NCBI RefSeq assembly: GCF_000281045.1
Contig: NW_008246071.1
Coordinates: forward strand, 571,315 to 635,314
DNA length: 64,000 nucleotides
From: Saprolegnia diclina VS20
Taxonomy: Eukaryota
Reading direction: 5' to 3'
Shown here: positions 1 to 10,837 of the stretch, in pieces
Position numbering within the stretch: the stretch's first letter is position 1
Layout of the letters: every line of letters begins with the position of its first letter
The notes under the pieces: generated by a model
The model's input: the letters and a program-made list of their open reading frames with translations, nothing else
Told to the model about the DNA's origin: nothing
Database searches by the model: none
Translations under genes and position numbers: made by a program

Positions 1-583
1 TCCGACCGGAGCGCAGCTCCAGACTTGCAGCCGCGATTGGCCATCGGTCGGGTCTGCGTCCAGACACACGTTGTTGTGCGTAGCGTGCATGATCTCATTG
101 TCGATCTCCAGAGCAGTTTCATTATACATATGTCCATCGAACATGACAAATGTGTTCCACGCTCTCTTGGGTCGTCGTGTGCGCTGCGAATCAGCTCGGG
201 CTGCCCCGTCGTCGGTTCGTAGATCCATTTTTGGTTGCCGTTGGCCGCGTCGCATTGCCAGAGGTGCACCGCCCCGCCGTTCTGCGCTTGGTACGCGTCC
301 AAGCACTGGATGGATCCTTGCGCCACAATCTGCCCCGTCATAAAGTTGAAGTTCCAGACGCTCGCACCAGATCCAAAACCCACGCTTCCGCTGCCGACGT
401 TGGCGCCAAAGCGAAGCCCACTCAGCGACGTAAGTGTCGCAGGCTCGGCGGTGACGCTCGTGAGACCGAAAAATTGGTTCGGGTTGGTTCCGACCGGCGC
501 GCAGCTCCAGACTTGCAGCCGCGACTGGCCATCGGTCGGGTCTGCGTCCAGACACACGTTGTTGTGCGTAGCGTGCATGATCT
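1..583. repeat. Near-identical direct repeat (1-95 vs 489-583) from tandem ricin-B domains
   Basis: tccgaccgg..gcagctccagacttgcagccgcga..gcatgatct occurs twice, offset 488 nt, with few substitutions. Confidence 0.9.
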
Positions 584-3276
584 GGTGGCCCGCNNNNNNN
601 NNNNNNNNNNNNNNNNNNNNNNNNNNNNNNNNNNNNNNNNNNNNNNNNNNNNNNNNNNNNNNNNNNNNNNNNNNNNNNNNNNNNNNNNNNNNNNNNNNNN
701 NNNNNNNNNNNNNCACTTGCCGTTGCTCTTCACTCGGAGCTGGCGCGTGTCGGGGAGGTACTCGAGCTGCTGGTTGACCGGCGTCGCACCCGTCGGCGGC
801 GCGTACATGAACGTGTCCCAGTCGGTCGCGCCCACGATCTTGCCGGTCGTCTTGGCAAAGAGCGAGAGAGGAATCGTGGCCGCCACCGCACCGTAGTTGA
901 ACGACTGGCAGAGCGGTCCAATCGTATTGGCATCGCAAACCGTCTCGGGCTTGACGCCCACGTAGTAGGCACCTGCCTCGGCCGACTTGAGCAAGCCCGA
1001 CCCAATGCCACCGCTGTAGATCGCAAAGTCGTTGAAGCCAATCGAGAACGTCACCGTCGTCGACTGCCCGGGCGAGAGCGACACTTTGGTAAACTTCTTG
1101 AGCATCTTGGTCTCGGGCGTCCCGGACGTACGCGCACCTTGGCTCAGAAAGAGCAAGACCGCTTCCTTCCCGGCCATTGTGCCCGTGTTGGTCACGACGA
1201 CGCTCGCCGTCAGCGACTCGGCCGATGTGTTGAGCTGGTTGCCGCTCAGCGCAAAGTTGGTGTAGCTGAACGTCGTGTAGCTCAGACCGGTGCCAAACTC
1301 CCACTCGGCGGGACACGCCGCGCCTGTGAGCACGCACACGCCGTTCTTGCGCTGGAAGTACGGCGTCACCATGTTGTCTTTGGTCTGGTCCTTGGGGTAC
1401 GTCATGCTGAGACGGCCGCTGGGGTTGGTGAGGCCGAGGATGATCTCGGCGATGGCCTGGCCGCCCATGTGGCACGGCAGCATCGCGTCAATGACAGCGT
1501 GGACGACGTCGGCGACACCGTTGAGGAGGCGCGGGCGACCTTCGACGAGCACGAGGATGACTTTGGTGCCGGTGGAGGCAATGTCGCGAATGTACTGGAG
1601 CTGGCCGGCCGGCAGCGCTGCGTCAGGAACGTTGCCGACCATTTCCGCGTACGGCGTCTCGCCCACGACGATGACCGTGTAGTCGGCCGCGCCGGCCTTG
1701 GCCTTGGCGTCGGCGAGTGAGTCGGTCGTGCCACCGTTGATGTCGACGCCCTAGTCGACAACATTGTCTTTCGAATCGGCACGAGGTGGGGAAGCCAACG
1801 CACCTGAAGCGACGTGACCTTGCCGCCGTTGGCGGCGACGAGGCTTTGGAACGCCGATAGCACACTTTGGCTGCCGGGGAACTTGGCGTTTCCGGAGACG
1901 CCCTGCCACTCCCACGTCCAGCCGCCGCAGAGGTAGCCAATGTTGTCGTGGGCCGGGCCCGTGACAAACACACTCGCGTTGCTGCGGATCGGCAACACTC
2001 TGTCCTTGTTCTTGAGCAGCACGATCGACTCGCGCGCGAGCTCGAGCGACGCTTGACGGTCGGACGCCCCGCCCACGAGGTTGACGTTGTTGGCGCCGGG
2101 CACGGGCGTCTCGAACAAGCCGAGCTGCAGCTTCATCCTACAACAAAGCATGAGAGAGCGCTCTGGATGCTACGATGGACTACTTGATGATGCGCTTGGC
2201 CGACGCACGGTACCGCGACGCTGCAATCGTGCCGGCGTTCAAAAGATTTTGCGCGTATCCGATGAAGCTCAGGTCGTTGGGAATCATGCTCATGTCCACA
2301 GACGACTTGGACATGGACATGGCGACCGCGTCTTGGTTGTTGCTCACGAGCTTGTGGACGTAGTTGAGGTTGTAAATGTCTTCCCAGTCGGTGAGCAGCA
2401 GCCCGTTGAAGCCAATGTCGCTCCGGAGCAAGTCGTTGGTCAAGCGGCTGTTGGCGACCATGGGCACGCCGTTGACCGAGACGTAGCTCGCCATGACCGA
2501 GAGCGCGTTGGCGCTCTGGATGGCCGCAATGAACGGCGGCGCGTGGTAGTTGAGCAGCTGGTAGTCGTCCAGGTAGGCCGGCGCGCGGTCGTCGCCCGAG
2601 GATGTGGCGCCGTACCCGATAAAGTGCTTGACGGCGGCCGCAACCCCCGGCACGGACTGGATGCCGTTGACGGCGGCAATTCCAAGCTCGGACGCCAAGT
2701 ACGGGTCCTCGCCGAACGTCTCGTACACGCGCGACCAGCGCTTGTGGTTGGTGACGTCAAGACCCGGCGCAAAGACCCAGTTGACGCCGCCCGCCGACGT
2801 GTCGCGCGCTGTGATGAACGCCGAGTCTTGGACGATCTTGGCGTTGAACGTCGCGCCCTTATTGATCTGCTGCGGCGACAGAATAGCGTCGTTGACGTAG
2901 TTGGCGCCGTGGACGCTGTCGAGGCCGTAGAGCGCGGGCGGCGCGTTGTTGGCCTTGTAAATGGCTTGGATCTGCGTGATCATGGCGCGCCACTTGGCCG
3001 CCGGCATCGCGCCGTTGAGGAACGAACCGACGCCGGCTTTGGCGCACTGCGTGACGGCGTTGACGCTGAGCTGACCGTCCGAGCCGAGGATGACGCCGAT
3101 GTTGGCTTGGGCCATTTGGCCGATCCACTGCGATGGCGTCTAGGGAAGCGTGCGTTCGTTTTCGTGTCAAGGAGGGATAGGAATACCATCTTGGCGACGA
3201 TGGCCTCGGCCTGCGCGTCAAAGTCTTGGGCGACCGCGACCGCCGCGACGAGTGCCAGCGGGAGGTACAGCTTCAT
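1..3276 (-). CDS. Secreted glycoside hydrolase family 3 (beta-glucosidase-like) with Fn3-like domain and C-terminal tandem ricin-B lectin repeats; multi-exon, 3' end runs off the window or is disrupted
   Basis: Signal peptide MKLYLPLALVAAVAVA (ATG 3276), intron 3140-3186. GH3 motifs GLDSVHG, RVYETFGEDPYL, VKHFIGYG, LLTDWEDI, ARESIVLLKN, EFGTGLSYTTF, LKKFTKVSLSPG. Ricin-type repeats CLDAY...VHLWQC...NGNQKW and IMHATHNNVCLDAD..LQVWSC lie beyond the N gap. Confidence 0.9.
594..713. other. Assembly gap (120 N) inside the ricin-repeat region
   Basis: Run of N. The coding frames on either side are not consistent with exactly 120 nt, so the gap length is an estimate. Confidence 0.99.
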
Positions 3277-4448
3277 GGAGTGAATACCGGGTCGGTGGCG
3301 AAATGAAGAATGGCTCGAGCAAGTCGATTCCAACGGAGCCCATCTGGTCATCTGGTGCGGTGTACGCATCGTACTGCAACTCTGGCGCTCACTTGTCTGG
3401 GCGGTGTTGCTACCTTGTTGGCCAATCGGGATGCTGTGTTTTTCGAAGCGCCAATCACCGCTGCCGCAAAATCGAATATTTCCAGTGGCGCGAGCACAGC
3501 GACCCAGCAAGGCGACAACACGCGCTCTGGCCTGAGCCTCTGCCGAATCATTACACCCATTCTGATAGTGAGCCCGATGGGACGGGTTGCACACCGCTAG
3601 CGATAAACATGCTCGTTACTGTACCCAAGCCCGACACTGGTAGAGGATTCCAGTGCTGCTGGGTTGCTGGCAGTATTGAGAGCTCCTCCCTGCTCGTGCT
3701 CGTCAATTGTGCCAGTGCAATGCTCATGACTCGGGTGTCATCCAGGCGTACATGTACTTCACTGATACAGCAAGCATTACACATGCTGGCTCGCAAAGGC
3801 GTCGGCCATTCGACTGCCGACGGTCAAAAGCTCACTGTGCCCAGCGTCCAATACGTCAACGATACCGGCCGTGTGATGGGCACCTTGTGACTCTGGTCAT
3901 GGACACTCGCCGCTTCAGAGCGGTAGACAAAGGCGAGGATATCTCGGTCAGTACACGAGCTATCCCATACCACGGGTGGATTCAGCGATGTATAGCGTAC
4001 CGTGGTATGCTCGGGACGTAGTGAACGCAACGGCGGCATGTTATCCGATACCACGGGTACAACTTGCACCGTGGTTTGCTCGGGACGATGTCCGAGGTGG
4101 ACGTTCTCAAAAATGCAAAGAAAGAGCGTCACCCCATCTCGAACACCCGAAGCAGCATCTTCCAATACTAGTTGTTGCCAGCGCGGACAATCCAAGCGGC
4201 GGAACTACAATGTAGGCCATGTGTCCGACTGTCTGGTCGTGTCTATCGTCGGGACCAAGCGCTCGTAGCGTTGAGCGAATACACGGCTGATGTCATCCGT
4301 TGCAGTCTCTTTGCTCTTCGCCGCAAGCGCTTGGCGTACCAAACACTGCCGGGTTCGTCCCGAGCCACCTGCGGGGTGGCCTGTGTGGCGTCGAGCTGCG
4401 ATTGTTTGTTTGTGAAATGGGATGGTGTGGTAGGGGCCGTTGGTGTAG

Positions 4449-4619
4449 TTTTTCGGTCTCACGAGCGTCACCGCCGAGCCCGCGACGCTCATGTCGCTCA
4501 GTGGGCTTCGCTTCGGCGCCAACGTCGGTAGCGGAAGCGTGGGTTTTGGATCTGGTGCGAGCGCCTGGAACTTCAACTTTATGACGGGGCAGATTGCGGC
4601 GCAAGGATCCAACCAGTGC
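4449..4619 (+). repeat. Orphan inverted 171-bp copy of a ricin-domain segment (303-473)
   Basis: Colinear, ungapped reverse complement of 303-473 (encodes FGLTSVTAEPATL.SLSGLRFGANVGSGSVGFGSGAS.WNFNFMTGQI.AQGS.QC), with unrelated flanks. Confidence 0.9.
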
Positions 4620-5234
4620 CGTTGGTGTGTGGGAGGTCATATCCGTCGGCGTGGTCGTGGCGGTGTCGGTCCTGTGGATTGCCCTCGTAGCGCGGCGGAA
4701 GGGAGCGGTGGTCGTTGTGGCAGGCCGGAGGGAAAATGGCAAATGAAGGTTTTGCGACTGCACGTTGCAAGTACCCAGGTAGGAAAAGCTCTTGAGTCGA
4801 AGATCGACCAAGCAACCATTTGTACTCGAACAAAAGGTTGCTCGCTTCTTGTAAACCGAGTGTAGAAGATGCGAGCTGAACGAACCTCCAGTAGGGAGAA
4901 GCCTGGACCCGTCGCGCTAGAGACAGTGTAAAATAGTACTGCAGACCGCAGACTCGTTGCCACGACCGCCACAATCAGCCTGCTGTCAAGACCTCAACAC
5001 CAAGGTCGCACCTTTAATATTCCAATGCAGAAGATGCACGCTACACTAGGCATTCGGATTTGATTTTGCAAGTCCACTCAACTCCCTTGTCCTGTAATTG
5101 CGGTTAGGGCTCGATCGGCGCCGAAATCAAGGTTCCACACTGCACCCGGCTTCTTTCCAGTCTCCCAGCAACGGAACGCGTATTCCCACATTTTTCAAGG
5201 TCGCAATATTGTCTTATAGTATCGTTGTAAAGAT

Positions 5235-6494
5235 CTATGGACTAGCACTGAGTAGCTCTGACGGCGCATACAGCGCCATGTACACGGGGCAGTGGTCCGA
5301 GAGGACGCTACAGCACTGTAGTCGGGCCGCTTTTGCCGCCGCGCGCTGTTTCGTCGCTGGAAAGTACCGCTGGTCCACGCGATCCACACCCGCGCAAAGT
5401 GCAAAGTCGCCAACAGTGCCAGTTGTGTCGCGGACCCAAAGGTTGTCGTACAAGTTGTTGCCAATCGTGGTCGTCAGCGGCGCATTGATGAGTGGCAGCC
5501 AGCGCGCAGAAGTGAGGCCGAGGTCGAACGGCGGCAGGTTAAAGTCACCGAGCAGAACCAATTTGCCGGGAAGGCCGGCGGCGAGCGCGACGAGCCCGTC
5601 GACTTCGCGCTTGCGGCGTCCGGCCTCATGGCCAAAGACAATGTGGACATTGACGAGCGTCAGGGCAAGGCGGCGGCACATAGAATTGGCTTGTACGACA
5701 AACGGGCAACGATGTAGCGCATCTAGGCCGTCGTGGTTGTCGGCCAAGGGCAGCACCGTCGGGCGAAGCCACTTGGTCTTTCGGTAAAAGAAGGCAAAGT
5801 ACTCGCCATGCGTGGTGCCGCCGACGCGGGCCGAGAGCACGTAGTCCCAACCCCGCAGCAACGCGCGTAGCTTCTTGAGCACGAGCGTATCGCGCACTTC
5901 CTGCAGCAATTGTGCATGTCACTCCGTATAAGATCGGGTTTGTACCTGAAGCGCCACGAGATCAAAGGGCGCAAAGATCTCGGCGATGAGACGCAGCGAG
6001 TCGGTCGATCGTTTCTTGGAGAGATTGCAGAGGTTCCAGCTCGCTATCGCGTACGTTGGCTCGCCCGCAGGGAAGCGCAATTGGTGACACGCAGGGCGCT
6101 CGACGACGGGCGACAGCTCGCATGCGGGCACCGCGGGAGCGAGGCGCGGCGCGAGTGGCGTGAGCCATGGACGCATCTTGGCGAACGAACGCACGCCGAT
6201 CCCGGGGACGTACACGAGCGCGTCAACCGAGCTGTACGGGCGGTGGGCAATGATGCGCTCGGAGAGCACGAGGCCGACGCCGGGCACGCGCCGCAGGTCT
6301 GCGCTCGACGCAGTGTTGATGTCGATCGATACCTGCTTATCGCACGGGCTGCGTCGTGGTGACAGCGCCGTCGCACCACGAATGGCATCGCTTGATGGCG
6401 CATGCAGCTCTGGCCTATCGTCAGCCTCCTCCTCGACTGGCGTGGTGGCCGAGCGACTGGCTTCCAACGCACCACGGGATTGCGTGGCACCCAT
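5235..6494 (-). CDS. EEPD1: EEPD1-like protein: helix-hairpin-helix (ComEA-like) + DNase I-like EEP nuclease domain; one intron near 5905-5945
   Basis: MGATQS start (possible myristoylation). HhH motifs IDINTASSADLRRVPGVG and VPGIG. EEP motifs SWN, LQE, VNVH, GDFN, YDNLW, SDHCPV all present. Confidence 0.8.
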
Positions 6495-6725
6495 GCCAAT
6501 GCGTGGCTTCGGATCCTGATTGGGCACGCAACTGCGTCTACCGGTAGGATCTGCATGTATGCTCGTCAACGCCATATAAAAGGGTGTGGATTCATCATTC
6601 AAGGCGGTGATCGCCGCGTCGGCCGTTCATGCAAATAGAGAAGAAACACGCAAGATGCAGATGCGTCGGCGTCGGTCGTCGTCCTGGCGTGGATCGCACG
6701 GTATAATTGAGCTGCTTTTGTCGGC

Positions 6726-7547
6726 TTATTGGCCCGCGACAGCGCCGCCTTGGTCCATGTCGTCCTCGTACATGCCACCCTTCTCCTTCTTGTGCTGGAC
6801 CTTCAACCGCTTGCGGCCGACCTGGAAGCCGTTCATGCCCTTGATGGCAGCGTCGGCAGACGGCGCATTGTCGTAGCTCACAAAGCCTGCATAATTGCAT
6901 GAGCATTCAAACGCGCGTTGGGTCGCACACGTACCAAAGCCACGGCTGCGGCCCGTCTCCTTCTCGACCATGATGCGCGCCGAGATGACGTTACCGAACG
7001 TCGCAAAGTAGTTGAAGAGGTCCTGGTTGGTCATATCATTTGGAATATGAAACACGAATAAATTGCAACCAGGGGGTCCTGGACATGAAGACACGTAAAT
7101 ACAGATACACAATAGGCAAGCATGCAACGACCGCGACCAAAGGAACCGACGTCCTTCGCCCGCGGTCCGAAGAATGCAAGCATGAAGAGGGTTGCATACC
7201 TTGCCCACTCTCGGTCGTCTGGATCGGAGGACCGGGACCCGCCACCTGAGGCGCGTAGCCTACACATGGTCGGTGTGAGCACTTCAACTCGTCGACGGTG
7301 CGGTGCACCATACCGTAAGGCTGGGCGTACGGGTACATGTAGCCACCCTGAGCGTACGGAGGGTACGTCATCGGCTGGCCGTACGGCTGCGGATAGCCCG
7401 CGGCGCCGTAGCCGCCTTGCATGTACTGCGGCATCTGGCCGGGCTGGCCCTGGAAGGCCTGCTGGCCAGCGACGGGGCCGGCAGCAGTGGCCGGGTTGAT
7501 CGCGCCTTGCTGGAGCTGCGGGTTGGCGACCTGAGCAGGCGCGACTT

Positions 7548-7578
<31 letters not shown>

Positions 7579-7773
7579 GCGGACTTGCTGGGCCGGTGCG
7601 GCCTGCTGCGGCGCGCTGAGCTCGGCCGGGCGCTCCCACGTCGACTCGCCCGTGGACGCATTGTAGTAGTACTTGCGTCCGTCCGGCGCCGTGTGCTCGG
7701 TCCATGGCACGGGGTTGAGGTCCATTGCGCCCTGCGCCATGAGCATCGCGCTGTGGTGCTCGTTCTCCGCCAT
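6726..7773 (-). CDS. WW domain + Q/Y/G-rich linker + CELF-type RRM RNA-binding protein; multi-exon
   Basis: WW: PWTEHTAPDGRKYYYNASTGESTWERP; poly-Q; RRM: GPPGCNLFVFHIP...SRGFGFVSYD...MNGFQVGRKRLKVQ. Confidence 0.85.
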
Positions 7774-8155
7774 CTTGGCTGCTTTTTTCTTATTCCAGCA
7801 CCAGGGGACCACACACCTCGGAAAAGAAAGTCAGTGAAACCTCCCACACTTTATTAGATCCCATGCGTTCTCACAGGTTGGCGCTAATTGTTCGCGGAAT
7901 CGCTTGGTCAAGGCGCTCCCTCGCACGTCCTCGCCATGGTCGACAACCATCTCCACCATCGCAGGGAGGACGAGGAAGCCGTGCTGCCCATCCTCGCCAG
8001 CATCCTGAGGCCAGCGCAGGCTCCATCCCAATCGCGCGTCTCTGCGCCACGGACGATGGCCTCGTAGAGATACGTGCGACGCAACTGCCAAGACGAGGCG
8101 AAATACGTCGTGTTGGCAACGGGTGGTAGCGGCCACATCTATGTGCGAACGGTAC

Positions 8156-9174
8156 TTATTGCGCGATCGGCTTGCGGCCCATGTCGCGGATGTGGCTCAT
8201 CTGCCGGCGAAACTCCATGATGGGCACAGCGGGCACGCCACCTATGTACGATCGACGAGGTGATTGCAGCGGTAGCGCAAGGTCGAGAGGCTGTCAACCG
8301 TAGGCGGCGTTGCCCGAGAGGTTGTGCATGACGCCGCTCTTGCCAGCGATGCGAACGTTGTCGCCGATCGTGAGGTGCTGGGCGATCCCGACTTGGCCGC
8401 CGGCGACGACGTTCTTGCCGATCGTCGTGCTCCCCGCAATGCCGACTTGGGCGGCAAAGACGCTGCCTGGCCCGATCTGCACATTGTGGGCGATTTGGAT
8501 CTACCGCAAGCATTCGCCCTCCGACATCTGCGACCGCAGCCAGATCTAGTACCAGGTTGTCGAGTTTGCAGCCGCGCCCGATGATGGTGTTGCGCCAGCT
8601 GCCGCGGTCGATGGTGCAGTTGGCACTAGGATGCTTGCTCTAGCATCGTCGTCGCAGCTCGTTGGCATTTCGTACCCGATTTCGACGTCGTCGTGGATCT
8701 CGACGCGAAGTTCTTGGGGCTTTTTTGTGTGGTGGCCGGCGCCGGTCGCATCGAGCTCAAAGCCAAAGCCGTCCTGAGCCATAAATCGTCAGTCGATAGA
8801 GATGGTGGATGGCAACCTGCCCGATGCGCACGCCGCCGTGGATGACGTTGCGCTTGCCAATGTTGCAGTTGAGCAGCGTCGCACTGGCTCCTATCGACGA
8901 CGTTGAGGCAGGAGGACGCTATGTGCGCAGGCGCACCGATAGTCGTGTCGCTCTCGACAACGACGTTGTCGCCGACGACCGTGCCAGGCCCAATGCTGCA
9001 GTTGGCCTCAATCTAACCGCACAGTCAGAGTCGGTTGGCCAACAGCTAGAAGCTGCGCACCACGGCATGCGCTCCGACGACCGTGAACGGCGCGAGCACT
9101 GCAGTGACGTGGACCTTGGCCGTCGGGTGGATCGACCGCAGTGGGGCCGTCGACAAGGCTCGACCCAGCGCCAT
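8156..9174 (-). CDS. lpxD: UDP-3-O-acylglucosamine N-acyltransferase (LpxD), probably mitochondrial; about 6 exons
   Basis: Hexapeptide repeats plus QDGFGF, VEIHDDVEIG, NCTIDRGSWRNT, KLDNL|IQIAHNVQIG, AQVGIAGSTTIG, GGQVGIAQHL, YGGVPA. N-terminus MALGRALSTAPLRS resembles a presequence. Stop TAA at 8156-8158. Confidence 0.88.
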
Positions 9175-9378
9175 CCTCAACAATGGACCAATCACAGGTC
9201 GTTCTACATTTTCGACTCTGTGATTGGCCGAGATGGCAAAGGTCAAATCCTTGCTATTATTTTGTACTTTCCATATTGGCATATAACAGACAAGGTCAAT
9301 GCCAGTCCAAAACTTCATTATTTAAAACAGCAATCAACTGACCATTTGCACGGATCGGCAGATCTTGCCAAGTGCAAA

Positions 9379-10546
9379 ATGGAAGGCAAGTGCAAAGTGC
9401 TCGTGACGCGCCACATTCCCTACGTTCTCGGTACGCGTCCACGATGCTAGGGACGATCTCTGCATGCGACGCTAGAGCAACTGGCTAAGGACCCGAACGT
9501 CATTGTCGACTGCTACGAGCACGCCGACGTGGCGATTCCGCCGGCAGAGCTTGTTGCCCGCGCGGCGGGCTGCACGGGCATCCTTTGCATGATCACGGAC
9601 AAGATCACGCCGCAAGTGCTTGACAGCGCAGGGCCCTCGCTCCAGGTCGTGTCGACGATCTCAGCGGGGTTTGACCACATCGATGTCGCGGCTTGTCGCG
9701 CACGGGGCGTCGCTGTTGGCCACACGCCAGGTAGTGCCCTCCTGTCTTGTGGTTGCGCTGCACGATGCATGGCCCAGGCTGCTTGCACGTGTCGACAGCC
9801 GAGCTGGCTGTGAGCTTGACCTTTGCCATCAAGCGCCGGCTGCTTGAGAGCCACAAGAGCGCGGTTGCTGGTGAATGGGGCGTCATCCAAGTCTACCAGT
9901 ACGCTCTGCAGCTCTATCCGTGTCGCTAATCAAACACGGGACTAGATACTGTGGTTCGGACGTCTCGGGCTGCACCGTGGGCGTCATTGGCCTCGGCGAA
10001 ATTGGCCTCGCGTACGCCCGCATGCTCCAGAATGGCTTTGGGTGTCGCATCCTCTACACTGGCCCGAGAGAAAAGGCAGCGGCCGACTTGGGTGGTCTTC
10101 GCGCCACGTTTGTGGACTTGCCCACGCTTCTCTCGGAAAGCGATGTGGTGAGCTTACATTGCCCGCTGACGCCAGCGACGCGTCACCTCATTGATGCGCC
10201 GGCCCTGGGCCTCATGAAGCCCGGCGCTGTCCTCATCAACACGGCGCGCGGCGACGTGGTCGACCAGGACGCGCTCGTGGCCGCATTGCAGTCCAAGCCG
10301 ATTGCCGCGGCGCTCGACGTCACGACGCCCGAGCCCCTTCCACCGGCGCACCCCGTACGTTCTTACTCGTGTCATAGCCGATGCATTGCTGACTTGACGT
10401 AGCTGTTCCACTTGCCCAACTGCATCGTTGTGCCGCACATTGCCTCGGCGACGCTGCGGACGCGGCACGCCATGTGCGACCGCGGTCTCGCCAACGTCCT
10501 CGCCGGTGTGGCTTCTCGCCCGCTCCCGACGCCGGTGCCGCAATAA
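9379..10546 (+). CDS. Glyoxylate/hydroxypyruvate reductase (GRHPR-type D-2-hydroxyacid dehydrogenase); multi-exon
   Basis: KVLVTR, STISAGFDHID, TAELAV, GVIGLGEIG (Rossmann), SLHCPLT, INTARG, LDVTTPEP, PHIASAT. Confidence 0.9.
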
Positions 10547-10837
10547 AGTGCGATTATACACAAGCAGCGCCCGCCCATTCGTCCGCTGATGATGATGATC
10601 AAGCATGCTCATATCGTCTCTGCAGACCCAAATAGCCGTGTTTATTGTAGTAGGCTTTGGGTTGACGGGTCTTTCTCGCACAAGCTTTTTCGATACCTTG
10701 AGTTATTCAGGACGTTGTGGTCTTGACGCGGGGTACTTAAGCCCCAAAAGGTGTCGCAGGTCGCACAGGAATGCTGCTGTCGTCCGTTGACGCATCAATA
10801 CAGCACCTGCAAACGAGGATCTCTCTCACCCTTTCTC

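Noticed and set aside
3961..4087. CRISPR-like repeat-spacer reading of the hairpin units
   Set aside because: Only two units, the variable part is inside the stem, no cas genes, eukaryotic context.
7545..7575. CTG/CAG and RS-codon microsatellite-like runs (also 45880-45995, 46255-46295)
   Set aside because: Explained by poly-Q, RS and poly-K coding tracts.
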